The notes under the pieces: generated by a model
Told to the model about the DNA's origin: nothing
The model's input: the letters and a program-made list of their open reading frames with translations, nothing else
Database searches by the model: none
Assembly: GCA_963707635.1 (NCBI GenBank)
Contig: OY970173.1
Location: 96,001-160,000 of the forward strand
Direction: 5' to 3'
Source of the DNA: Candidatus Latescibacterota bacterium
Lineage (GTDB): Bacteria > Krumholzibacteriota > Krumholzibacteriia > WVZY01 > JAKEHA01
DNA: 64,000 nt
Part shown: positions 33,574 through 42,055 of the stretch, piece by piece
How positions within the stretch are numbered: position 1 is the stretch's first letter
Layout of the letters: the number at the start of each line of letters is the position of its first letter
Program-made: the position numbers and the translations under genes

Positions 33574-33757
33574 CAGCCGGGCACCCGGCAAAATATCCCC
33601 GGCGCCCGCAAGCCGAATCGCTGTGGACGGGCGCCGTAGGAATGAGTTATGCTCGCGTGCAGTCTGTCCGATGGTGCGGTGAGATTCTCGTCGGAAGTGG
33701 TAGTCGGTTAGATTGGGAGCCTATCGCATCGCGGGAACCGTTAAAGGAGATTGTATC

Positions 33758-34132
33758 GTGTCTAAGAAACTGTTCGTAGGTAGTCTGAGCTGGAACACCA
33801 CCGACGAGGGGCTCCGGCGCGCGTTTGAGAAATTCGGCGAGGTCTTGGAAGCAAAGGTAATCAAGGATCGTGAAACCGACCGCTCCCGCGGGTTCGGTTT
33901 CGTGTCGTTCGCCAACCCCAAGGACGCCATGGACGCCATGCAGGCCATGGACGGCCAGGAACTGGACGGGCGCACCATCAAGGTGAACGAAGCCCAGGAG
34001 CGTGAGCGCACCGGCGGCGGCGGCGGTGGCGGTCCGCGCGGCGGATTCGGCGGCGGCGGCGGCGGACGCGGCGGTGAGCGTCGCGGCGGCGGCGGCGGCG
34101 AGCGTCGCGGCGGCGGCGGCGGACGCTGGTAG
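33758..34132 (+). CDS. RRM RNA-binding protein with Gly/Arg-rich tail
   Basis: AAAGGAGA RBS, GTG start; RNP2 KLFVGSL, RNP1 RGFGFVSF; GGC-rich tail. Confidence 0.95.
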   Translation: MSKKLFVGSLSWNTTDEGLRRAFEKFGEVLEAKVIKDRETDRSRGFGFVSFANPKDAMDAMQAMDGQELDGRTIKVNEAQERERTGGGGGGGPRGGFGGGGGGRGGERRGGGGGERRGGGGGRW

Positions 34133-34159
34133 GCCCGCTCGCTAGCAACCAGAAGACGG

Positions 34160-34194
34160 AAACGGCCCGGGCGAAGATGCCCGGGCCGTTTTTT
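34160..34194 (+). terminator. Intrinsic terminator of the RRM gene
   Basis: AAACGGCCCGGGC-GAAGAT-GCCCGGGCCGTTT followed by further T's. Confidence 0.9.
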
Positions 34195-34257
34195 GCTATA
34201 CTTGACGCACACGGTCGGAGATTCCTCCGGCCGATTCGCTTTTCTTGAGGCTCATCG

Positions 34258-35718
34258 TTGTCCCGTTCCCTAAGCCACGAAGTCGGAATCCTCACGCTCG
34301 GCCGCGTCGTCACGTACGCGGTCATGTTCATTGTGCCCCTGGTCAACGTGCGAACGTTGAGCATGGAAGAGTACGGCTACTACCGGCAATTCTGGCTCCT
34401 GTTCGAAACCCTCACGCCGATGGCCATCCTCGGCTTCTCGCGCAGCCTCCTCTACTACCTGCCGCGCGTGGAAACCCGCGAGGAGAAGTCCGCTTACATC
34501 ACGCAGACCGTGCTGTATCTCGCACTCGGATCGGTCGTGGCCATGGGCGTCTACGCGGTGATGGCGATCTGGTTCGGCGAGGGCCTGGGCGCCACGGCGC
34601 GCGCCTTCTTCTGGAGACTCTGCATCTTCACGTTGTTCATGGTGGTGACCGACTACCTCGAGGTGTTGTTCGTCGCGCAGCGCCGGCCCGTCGCCCAATC
34701 CGCGTACCACGTGGCCGCGTGGGGATTGCAGGCCATCGTCGTCATGGCCGTTTCCTACCTCACGCATGACGTGAGCGCGATCATCTGGGCGGTCACGATA
34801 TTCGGCCTGGCGCGGTTTGCCTTCGGCATCATCTACACGAATGCGAACTACGGACTCTCGCTGCGCGTGGTCTCGCGCGCTTCATTGCGGGAGCAAGCGT
34901 CGTTTGCGGTTCCCGTGGGCCTCGCCGGCATCGGCGTGATCCTGATCACCCAGACCGACAAGTTCCTCATCAACCGCTTCATGGGCCGCGAGGCCTTCGC
35001 CATCTACAGCGTGGGCGCCTTTCAGGTCCCGCTGGCCAATATCATCCAGAGTTCGATCAGTAATGTCACCTTCCCGATGATGGCGAAATACCAGAAGGCG
35101 GGACAGTATGCGGAGCTGATCGGGCTGTGGCAGCGGTCGCTCATGAAGGCGGTGGTCCTGTTCTTTCCCATCTTTGTGTTCCTGGAGGTCACCGCCCGCC
35201 CGTTCATCACGATTCTGTTCACCGAGCAATACGCCGACGCTACCCCGGTGTTCATGATCTACCTGCTTCTCTTCCTGCGCGGGTCGATCGAGGCGGGTGC
35301 GATTATCCAGGTGTTCAACCGAACCGTATTCTCGGTGGTTGCGTTCTTTGTCGGGTTCGTCGTGGACGTGATCCTCGGCATTCTGCTCTACCAGACCATG
35401 GGGCGCCTCGGGGTTCCGCTGGCGGCCCTGCTCACGCTGACCACGCTGAGCGTGGCGAGCCTGTGGTACTCGGCGAAGCTCCTGGGCACGTCGTTGCTCG
35501 AGCTGGTGCCGGCGCGGCCTCTCATGAAGCGCTTCCTGGTGGCAGTCGCGCCCGGCGTGATCCTGTGGCTGCTGTATCAGAGGTGGCCGGTGACGAACGT
35601 CTATCAGATGGGCGTGGCCGGACTCCTGTATTCCGGTTTGTACGCAGGGCTGTGCGCGTGGACGCGCCTGGTGACGGTGGATGACCTGAAAGCGCTGGTG
35701 GGCAGGACGTCGATCTGA
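34258..35718 (+). CDS. Wzx-type oligosaccharide flippase / polysaccharide biosynthesis protein
   Basis: About 14 TM segments; RTLSMEEYG, TDKFLI, FAIYSVG. Confidence 0.85.
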   Translation: MSRSLSHEVGILTLGRVVTYAVMFIVPLVNVRTLSMEEYGYYRQFWLLFETLTPMAILGFSRSLLYYLPRVETREEKSAYITQTVLYLALGSVVAMGVYAVMAIWFGEGLGATARAFFWRLCIFTLFMVVTDYLEVLFVAQRRPVAQSAYHVAAWGLQAIVVMAVSYLTHDVSAIIWAVTIFGLARFAFGIIYTNANYGLSLRVVSRASLREQASFAVPVGLAGIGVILITQTDKFLINRFMGREAFAIYSVGAFQVPLANIIQSSISNVTFPMMAKYQKAGQYAELIGLWQRSLMKAVVLFFPIFVFLEVTARPFITILFTEQYADATPVFMIYLLLFLRGSIEAGAIIQVFNRTVFSVVAFFVGFVVDVILGILLYQTMGRLGVPLAALLTLTTLSVASLWYSAKLLGTSLLELVPARPLMKRFLVAVAPGVILWLLYQRWPVTNVYQMGVAGLLYSGLYAGLCAWTRLVTVDDLKALVGRTSI

Positions 35719-35795
35719 AGCGGGATCGCGAGGCCGTTTTGCGCCATGCGGACGCGTACTTCACACTCCTCTGGCCGGATGATAGACTGGAGCAC

Positions 35796-36650
35796 ATGCC
35801 GAACGACAAGCCCACTGTCACCGAGAAGCAGGTCCAGGATTTCTGGACCGCGTTTCCCATGGTCTACGGTCCGAAGACCGCCAACCCCGAGCAGGTCTTC
35901 GACCGAATGGAAGAGGTGATGCGCACGGAGTACTGGTACGCCCACGGCGCCGGCGAACCGCTCTTCGCCCGCTACATCGACTACGCGGCGCTCAAAGGGC
36001 GAAAGGTGCTCGAGATCGGCTTCGGCACGGGATGGCTCTTGAAGGAGTTCGTGCGCGCGGGGGCGGAGGTGCACGGCATCGACTTGAGCAGCACGCACGA
36101 GGCGCTGTGCCGGCACCGCTTCCAGGGCCAGGGCGTCCAGCTCCAGATCGCCAGCGCCGAGACGATTCCGTACCCGGACGGCACCTTCGACCTGGTGGCG
36201 GCCTTCGGCGTTCTCCATCACGCCAGCGACGACGCCCGCTGCTATGCCGAGGTGCATCGCGTGCTCAAGCCCGGCGGCCACGCGTTTCTCGCCCTGTACC
36301 GTCACGGCAGCGTGAAGTACTACTACCAGAATGTCTTTCGAAAGGGCGTCTTGCGCGGCGGGTTGCTCCGGCATCGCTTCAACGTGAACGAGTTCATCCG
36401 GTCCGTGACCGACAAGTACGGAGATGACAGCCCGGGCGCTCCCATTTCGCGCCATTACACCGAGGCCGAGCTCCGGCGCCTGCTCGCGATGTTCTCGCGC
36501 GTCGACCTCCACATCGCCGGCTCGCGCGCGGAATTGTCCGAGATTCCCTTGAGCCACTTCCCGGTGTCGGACTGGGTGCTGAGCGACGCCCGGCGCGCCG
36601 CCCTCCTCCAGCGCCACGGCGGCTACTGGTTCGTGGACGCCGTCAAGTAG
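35796..36650 (+). CDS. Class I SAM-dependent methyltransferase
   Basis: VLEIGFGTG, FDLVAAFGVLHH, RVLKPGG. Confidence 0.88.
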   Translation: MPNDKPTVTEKQVQDFWTAFPMVYGPKTANPEQVFDRMEEVMRTEYWYAHGAGEPLFARYIDYAALKGRKVLEIGFGTGWLLKEFVRAGAEVHGIDLSSTHEALCRHRFQGQGVQLQIASAETIPYPDGTFDLVAAFGVLHHASDDARCYAEVHRVLKPGGHAFLALYRHGSVKYYYQNVFRKGVLRGGLLRHRFNVNEFIRSVTDKYGDDSPGAPISRHYTEAELRRLLAMFSRVDLHIAGSRAELSEIPLSHFPVSDWVLSDARRAALLQRHGGYWFVDAVK

Positions 36651-36660
36651 GCGACCGAAG

Positions 36661-38280
36661 CTACTTCAGCAGCACCATCCGCCGGGTGCGGTCGAAGTCG
36701 CCCGCGTGCAGCCGGTAGAAATACACGCCCGATGCCACCCCGCGACCTTGCTCATCCCGCCCGTCCCAGCGAACTTCGTACCCGCCCGGAGCGCGCCGCG
36801 CATCGACGAGCGTGCGAACCAGGTGTCCCGCGACGTCGTACACCCGCAGCGACACCGCGTCGCTTCCACCGACCTGGTAGCGGATGGTCGTGGACGGATT
36901 GAACGGGTTGGGCACGTTGGCGTCGAGCGCGTAGGCAAACCGGCCCGCGCCGACCGCCGTCGGCGCGCTCGGCTGCAGGTCGACGGTCACGATCTTGTCG
37001 TACGGGTTTCCGCAAATGTCTTCCCACGCGATGGCGAGGTTCACCTGGAACGGCCCGCCCGGCCAGCCGGTGAGATTCAAGGTGTAGCTGTCCACTCCGA
37101 ACGATGCCGCGCCGGCGCTCAAGCCGCCGTAGAGGCAGGTTGGATCCGGAATCGAGAGCCATCCGTCGATCGGCGCCATGACCGCCGTCACGTTGCTCGC
37201 GTCGAACACGCCCACGTTTCGAAGCTCGATTTTCACCTGCCAGGTCGTCGGCGTCTGGTTCACCGACAGCGTATCCGTGTCGTCGATGGTGGTCAGCTCC
37301 GGCGGGCACTTGGAATCCAATGTCCAGCCGATATCCTCCATTAGATTGAGCGCGAGACTCATGTTGTGATTCGGCCCCGCGTACACGGGTTCCATCGACT
37401 CGTCCGGCGTGACGGCCGACGACCAGTGAGATACCGACGAGCCCGGCTGCGCCGGGTTGGGCGCGTGTACGCGCACGAATCCACCGCTGAGCCCGGCCGT
37501 GACGGGAATGCTCGGGTGCTCCGCCGTCACGCTGGCGCCGGTCCAGCGCAAGTTGGGGTCCGAGATGCTGGCGTTGATGCGCTGCGCGTTGGACATCGCC
37601 GGGTAGGTCGGCGGCGAGACACCCGTACGATAGAGGTTCAACATGTAGGTGTCGTTGAATCCCAGTAGCTTCGTGCCGCTGGCCAGATCGACGAAGGTCT
37701 GGAAGCCGAGCCCGTGCCCGATTTCGTGCAATACCACGGTCACGAAGTCGATCTGATTGGGACCGATGTTGCCGTCGTATCCGTAGTACCACGAGTAGGA
37801 ACCCAGGCACGTCGGGCTGCCGTTGATGCTGCTGTTGAACTGCGCCACGATATCCGGGTTCATCGGATCCACGTCGACGGCCTCCAGCGCATTCGCGAGC
37901 GCCTGGGGGTACCAGGTACCGGCGACCGGGGCAGTCGCGAAATCCCGCACCACCGAGCCCGCACCCGCGGATCCGAGCACAGCGCCTGTCGGCGTGCACG
38001 TCAACGGATTCATCTGCGCCGAGATGAAGATCGGCACGGTGCTGTTGATGCACGCGCCCCATAGATCCGCGGCGTACTGGAAGGCGTTGAGCCGCGCCGC
38101 GCCGCGCGTCGTCGCCGGGTTTCCGCCCACCGGGGCGACCACGGTGGGGTCGTTGAACCCTTCGCCCGGCGCGTCGTTGTTCTGCACGACCAGAATCGCA
38201 GTGGCGTGCGCCGCGGCGGGAAGCACGGTTGCGACTATGCACAACCCGACCATGAGCATCCGACCGGTGTGGGTCCTCAT
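36661..38280 (-). CDS. Secreted zinc metallopeptidase with FlgD-Ig/T9SS-type C-terminal domain
   Basis: Signal peptide; HEIGHGLGF; GSSVSHW; NVPNPFNPSTTIRY...WDGRD..GRGVASGVYF...MVLLK. Confidence 0.85.
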   Translation of the reverse strand: MRTHTGRMLMVGLCIVATVLPAAAHATAILVVQNNDAPGEGFNDPTVVAPVGGNPATTRGAARLNAFQYAADLWGACINSTVPIFISAQMNPLTCTPTGAVLGSAGAGSVVRDFATAPVAGTWYPQALANALEAVDVDPMNPDIVAQFNSSINGSPTCLGSYSWYYGYDGNIGPNQIDFVTVVLHEIGHGLGFQTFVDLASGTKLLGFNDTYMLNLYRTGVSPPTYPAMSNAQRINASISDPNLRWTGASVTAEHPSIPVTAGLSGGFVRVHAPNPAQPGSSVSHWSSAVTPDESMEPVYAGPNHNMSLALNLMEDIGWTLDSKCPPELTTIDDTDTLSVNQTPTTWQVKIELRNVGVFDASNVTAVMAPIDGWLSIPDPTCLYGGLSAGAASFGVDSYTLNLTGWPGGPFQVNLAIAWEDICGNPYDKIVTVDLQPSAPTAVGAGRFAYALDANVPNPFNPSTTIRYQVGGSDAVSLRVYDVAGHLVRTLVDARRAPGGYEVRWDGRDEQGRGVASGVYFYRLHAGDFDRTRRMVLLK

Positions 38281-38281
38281 G

Positions 38282-38689
38282 TTACTTCACCGGCCCTTCG
38301 TTCGATGCGCCGGCGATGCACGGAGCCTGCAAGACGCCGTTCGCGCCGATCACCGCCGTGACCGCATTCTGGAATCGTCCCTGCAGATTCACCACGACGC
38401 CTCCACCCGCGACCGGACTGTTCTGAGCGACGAGCCCATCGTCGGACGTGCTCAAGGCGCTGCCCATCGCGTCCTGGAGCGCGCGTATCGACTGGGACGG
38501 GGTGTCGACGATCTTGCCCGTCACCGGGTCGACGTTGAGGATCTGGCCGGCCGCAGCAAACGTACCCGCGTCACGGGCGACTGGCGTACCCGCGTTTGAA
38601 TCGGTGGCGCCGGCAGGGCGCGGCTGCTGATCGCCGGCGATCAGGAGCATTGCGCTCACGGCGAAAAGAGAGAGATTGCGTCGCTTCAT
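38282..38689 (-). CDS. Small secreted protein (post-PEP-CTERM-1-like domain)
   Basis: Signal peptide; VDPVTGK...STSDDGL...GGGVVVNLQGRFQ...C; 1 nt upstream of the peptidase. Confidence 0.65.
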   Translation of the reverse strand: MKRRNLSLFAVSAMLLIAGDQQPRPAGATDSNAGTPVARDAGTFAAAGQILNVDPVTGKIVDTPSQSIRALQDAMGSALSTSDDGLVAQNSPVAGGGVVVNLQGRFQNAVTAVIGANGVLQAPCIAGASNEGPVK

Positions 38690-38795
38690 CGAAGGCCTCC
38701 CGCGTGGCAGCTGGGGATGCTAATTCCGTCGGCGGGCCGCTGATTGCGCGGGACTTCCCGCGGCTCCCTTGGCGGGAGCGCCCGCGCCTGGCAGG

Positions 38796-38811
38796 TGCAA
38801 CAACGATACCG
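38796..38811 (-). promoter_or_regulatory. Candidate sigma54 -24/-12 promoter
   Basis: CGGTATCGTTGTTGCA on the minus strand: GG-N10-GC with TTGCA at -12. Confidence 0.45.
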
Positions 38812-38841
38812 AAACGCGGCCATGCCGGCCGGGAAGCAGAA

Positions 38842-38871
38842 ACGGCCGGCGGGCCCGTGCCCGCCGGCCGT
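38842..38871 (-). terminator. Probable terminator after the DUF1326 gene
   Basis: 13-bp stem ACGGCCGGCGGGC/GCCCGCCGGCCGT with a weak T tail on the minus strand. Confidence 0.6.
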
Positions 38872-38904
38872 CCGAGTAGACGCGCGCTGCCGCGTTCTCT
38901 TCGT

Positions 38905-39642
38905 TTACATCTGCACGTCTTTAGACGCGATATCGAGCGTGATCATGAAGCCGTTGGTGCCCTTGAACTCGAAGGGCTTGTCACCGGCACGGTACGCCTC
39001 GACTTCGTTCTTCATCAGCACGAAGCCGTCGTTGCGCGGCACCCCCCAGTACTTGAGGTTCTTGATGACCACCGGATCGGTGCCCATCCCGTAGGTCCCG
39101 GTGGCGAGCACGACTTCCGCCGCCTTGCCGCCATCGAGGGTGGCGACGGCGCGCTCCTTGCCGCCGTTCCATTCCATCCTGGCGTCCGGCGCCATCGTGA
39201 ACGATTTCCATTTCACGGGGTAGACGTGGGCGAGAATCGCAGCGATTCCCTCCCGCTGCTCGGGAGTCACGCTGGGGTCGAAGGTCAGCACCGCCCAGTC
39301 CATCTCACCGTCGCTGAATTCGGCGCCGAGATCCCCGGCCACCCAGAACAGCGCGCCGTCGAGTTTGACCTTCCCGTACGTCCCCTTGTTCACGCGGAAC
39401 GCGTTGTTGAACTTGCAGAAATGGTCGGCCCCGCCGCCGTCTTCTGCGTGCGCGGCATGGCCGTGCGCGCCGGCGCCTGCCGGCTCGGCGTTGAAATAGC
39501 ACTGACAGAACATCGGACAGCTGCACGCCTCAATAATGGTCGCGTTGAACGACCAGTCCGCCGGCTGCCCCGCCGAAACCCACATGGGGGCGGCGACAAG
39601 GAACAGCGCCGACGCTGCTGCTGCGACCCATGACCGTTTCAT
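38905..39642 (-). CDS. DUF1326 family Cys-rich exported protein
   Basis: EACSCPMFCQC, G.YGKVKLDG, PEQREGI. Confidence 0.8.
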   Translation of the reverse strand: MKRSWVAAAASALFLVAAPMWVSAGQPADWSFNATIIEACSCPMFCQCYFNAEPAGAGAHGHAAHAEDGGGADHFCKFNNAFRVNKGTYGKVKLDGALFWVAGDLGAEFSDGEMDWAVLTFDPSVTPEQREGIAAILAHVYPVKWKSFTMAPDARMEWNGGKERAVATLDGGKAAEVVLATGTYGMGTDPVVIKNLKYWGVPRNDGFVLMKNEVEAYRAGDKPFEFKGTNGFMITLDIASKDVQM

Positions 39643-39765
39643 GACATCCTCCTTCGCGCCATTGCGCGGTGGTTCGATTCCATGCCCGCGGCCGGTACCG
39701 GGCGCCGGCCGTCGTCATAATGACAAATTCATACCCGGCGGTTCAACTGCCAGTTCCCCCGCCGA

Positions 39766-40448
39766 TTACTCCGGTTCTTCGGTGCGCGAGTGCGTGATGG
39801 AGTCGGGAAGCTCGTTGACGTCGTCCGGGCGCGGCGGGAAATGCCGGGCCAGGGCGTCGCCCGCCAGCTCGATGCCGTCGATCAGCCCGTCGGCGAATCG
39901 ACCCTGGGCGAAACGGGCCTCGACCCGCGCGATCACGCTCGACCAGAAGTCGGCCGGAACTTCCGCGTGAATACCACTATCCCCGATGACCGCCAGCCGC
40001 CGGTCGCGGATGGAGACGAAGAACAGGACTCCGTTGCGATCGCGGGTGCGGGCCATGCCGACGCGGTGGAACACGCGCGCGGCCGCCGCGGTGGGGGCGT
40101 CGCCGGTGCGCGCGGCGAGATGCACGCGAATCTCGCCGGAGGTACTCGACTCGAACTTGCGGATCGCCGCCGCCACCTGCTCGCGCTCGAGCGGGGTCAG
40201 GAACGACGCCACCGAATCGCGCCGCTCGCGGTGGACACGGCGCGAAAGAATCGCGCCCGCGATCCACAGCAGCGCCGCTGCGATGCTCAGCGCGACCAGC
40301 GCCCCGCCGGTCCACACCGACCACGTGTGCTTCGGAGGTGCGAGCCAATCGCGGAGCGAGAACACCGCCACGACGACCGCGAGCACCGCCCCGGCGGCCA
40401 CGAGAAACGTGGCCAGCGTGCGAAGCGACCGCGTGGTCCGTCTGGCAT
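39766..40448 (-). CDS. TPM domain membrane protein (start uncertain; the coupled ATG is out of frame by one base)
   Basis: ESSTSGEIRVH, TRDRNGVLFFV, IGDSGIH, DDVNELPD. Confidence 0.8.
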
Positions 40449-41263
40449 CACCACTTGCCGGATGCACCGCCACCTCCAAACGACCCGCCGCCGAACGATC
40501 CACCGCCGAAGCCGCCACCGCCACCACCGAACCCACCCCCACCGGACCACCACGGCCCGCCCCCGCGACGATGCGTTCCCCCGTAGGCGCCGCGCCCACC
40601 CCAGCCGGAGTCGAACCCGCCGCGGGAGATCCACCCGCGCCGGCCGGCCTGGGCCATGAAGATGATGAAGCCGAGCACCCCCAGCATGATCACGAGCGCC
40701 ACCCACGGCGGCAGCTCGGTCGTCTTCGGTTCCGGCACCGCCTCGCCGCGCGCCGCCCGCGCCAGGCTCGCCACGGCGGCGGCGATCCCGTCTCCGAAGC
40801 GGCCGGCGCGAAACGCCGGCGTCATGTCGTAGCGAATGATCCGCCCGGCGACCGCGTCGGGTATGACCGGCTCCAGGCCGTACCCGATTTCGATCCGCAT
40901 GGCGCGCTCTTCGATGGCCACCACAATGAGCGCGCCGTTGTCGCGCTCCGCGTTCCCCGGCCGCCATTTCTCCGCCAGCGCGAGCGCGACGTCCTCGATC
41001 GCATCGCCGTCGATGGTCTTGAAGACGGCGACGCCGATTTCGATGCCGCGGCGGTCGAGGGCCATGAGCGTATCTTCGAGCGCTCGTTGTTCGTTGCTCG
41101 AGAGCACGCCGGCGCCGTCGAAGACGAATCGGGCCGGCGCGTCCGGAAGACGGGTGTGGACCGAGGGAGCGGCGAGGGCCGCCGCCGCGCCGAGCACGAG
41201 CCCGGCGAAAGCCAGCGCCCACGCGCCGAGCCGGGCGGGCGGATGCAGACCAGGGACGCGCAC
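40448..41263 (-). CDS. TPM domain (YgcG-like) protein with Gly-rich tail
   Basis: DNGALIVVA..ER.MRIEIGYGLE; C-terminal FGGGSFGGGGASGKW. Confidence 0.9.
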   Translation of the reverse strand: MRVPGLHPPARLGAWALAFAGLVLGAAAALAAPSVHTRLPDAPARFVFDGAGVLSSNEQRALEDTLMALDRRGIEIGVAVFKTIDGDAIEDVALALAEKWRPGNAERDNGALIVVAIEERAMRIEIGYGLEPVIPDAVAGRIIRYDMTPAFRAGRFGDGIAAAVASLARAARGEAVPEPKTTELPPWVALVIMLGVLGFIIFMAQAGRRGWISRGGFDSGWGGRGAYGGTHRRGGGPWWSGGGGFGGGGGGFGGGSFGGGSFGGGGASGKW

Positions 41264-41264
41264 G

Positions 41265-41852
41265 CTAGAACTTGACCTTCGGCGCTTCCTCGGCGCCTTC
41301 ACGCGCCTCGAAATAGGCCTTCGGTCCGAAGCCGAACATCCCCGCAAGCATATTCATCGGGAATCGCTTCACGGCGACGTTGTATTCCTGCACCGTTTCG
41401 GTGAAGCGGCGGCGCTCCACGGCGATTCGGTTCTCGGTGCCGGCCAGCTCGTCCTGGAGGGCCAGGTAGTTGGCGTTCGCCTTCAGCTCCGGGTACTGCT
41501 CGACCGTGACCAGCAGGCGCGAGAGCGCGCCGGAGAGCTCGTCCTGCGCGGCCTGGAACTTCTGGAGCGCGGCCGGGTCGTTCAGCATCTCGGGCGTGAT
41601 CTTGATCTCGGCGGCGTGGGAACGGGCCTCGATGACTTTCGTGAGCGTTTCCTGCTCGAAGTTCGCCGCGCCCTTGACGGTCTCGACGAGATTCGGGATC
41701 AGATCGGAGCGGCGCTGATAGACGTTCTCGACCTGACTCCAGGATTGGTTCACGCTTTCGCCGAGTTTGACGATCCGGTTATAGCCGGACACGCCGGTGA
41801 TGCAGAGAAACACCAACAGAACGATGATCACAATTCCAACTATCTTTCCCAC
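41265..41852 (-). CDS. lemA: LemA family protein
   Basis: WSQVENVYQRRSDLIPNLVETVKG, YPELKAN, ELAGTENRIAVERRRF. Confidence 0.95.
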   Translation of the reverse strand: MGKIVGIVIIVLLVFLCITGVSGYNRIVKLGESVNQSWSQVENVYQRRSDLIPNLVETVKGAANFEQETLTKVIEARSHAAEIKITPEMLNDPAALQKFQAAQDELSGALSRLLVTVEQYPELKANANYLALQDELAGTENRIAVERRRFTETVQEYNVAVKRFPMNMLAGMFGFGPKAYFEAREGAEEAPKVKF

Positions 41853-41876
41853 TGATTACCTCCTCCTTTAGAGCTT

Positions 41877-42003
41877 CGCGGGTCCTGTCGCCGATACACC
41901 CCGCGGCGTCCGCCGCGGGGACCCCGTCTCGGCGCCACCCGCTCGTGCTTCTCTGACCACGCAACCCGTGTCGGCGCCACCCGCTGGTGCTTCTCTGACC
42001 ACG
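41877..42003 (+). repeat. Dispersed structured repeat, copy B, plus a 42-bp tandem duplication of its 3' end
   Basis: CGCGGGTCCTGTCGCC...CCCCGCGGCGTCCGCCGCGGGG...TCGGCGCCACCCGC; units starting at 41923 and 41965 differ at 2 of 39 positions. Confidence 0.8.
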
Positions 42004-42055
42004 GATTGCCTTGCGCCGCATTATACACGGCGGGTCGCGGCGTCATTCGACCCCA

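Noticed and set aside
34010..34125. GGC microsatellite-like tract
   Set aside because: It encodes the normal Gly/Arg-rich tail of an RRM protein; the same applies to the TPM tail at about 40450-40560
41923..42003. Mini CRISPR array
   Set aside because: Only two units with a 3-nt separator, no unique spacers and no cas genes; it is a tandem duplication of a dispersed repeat
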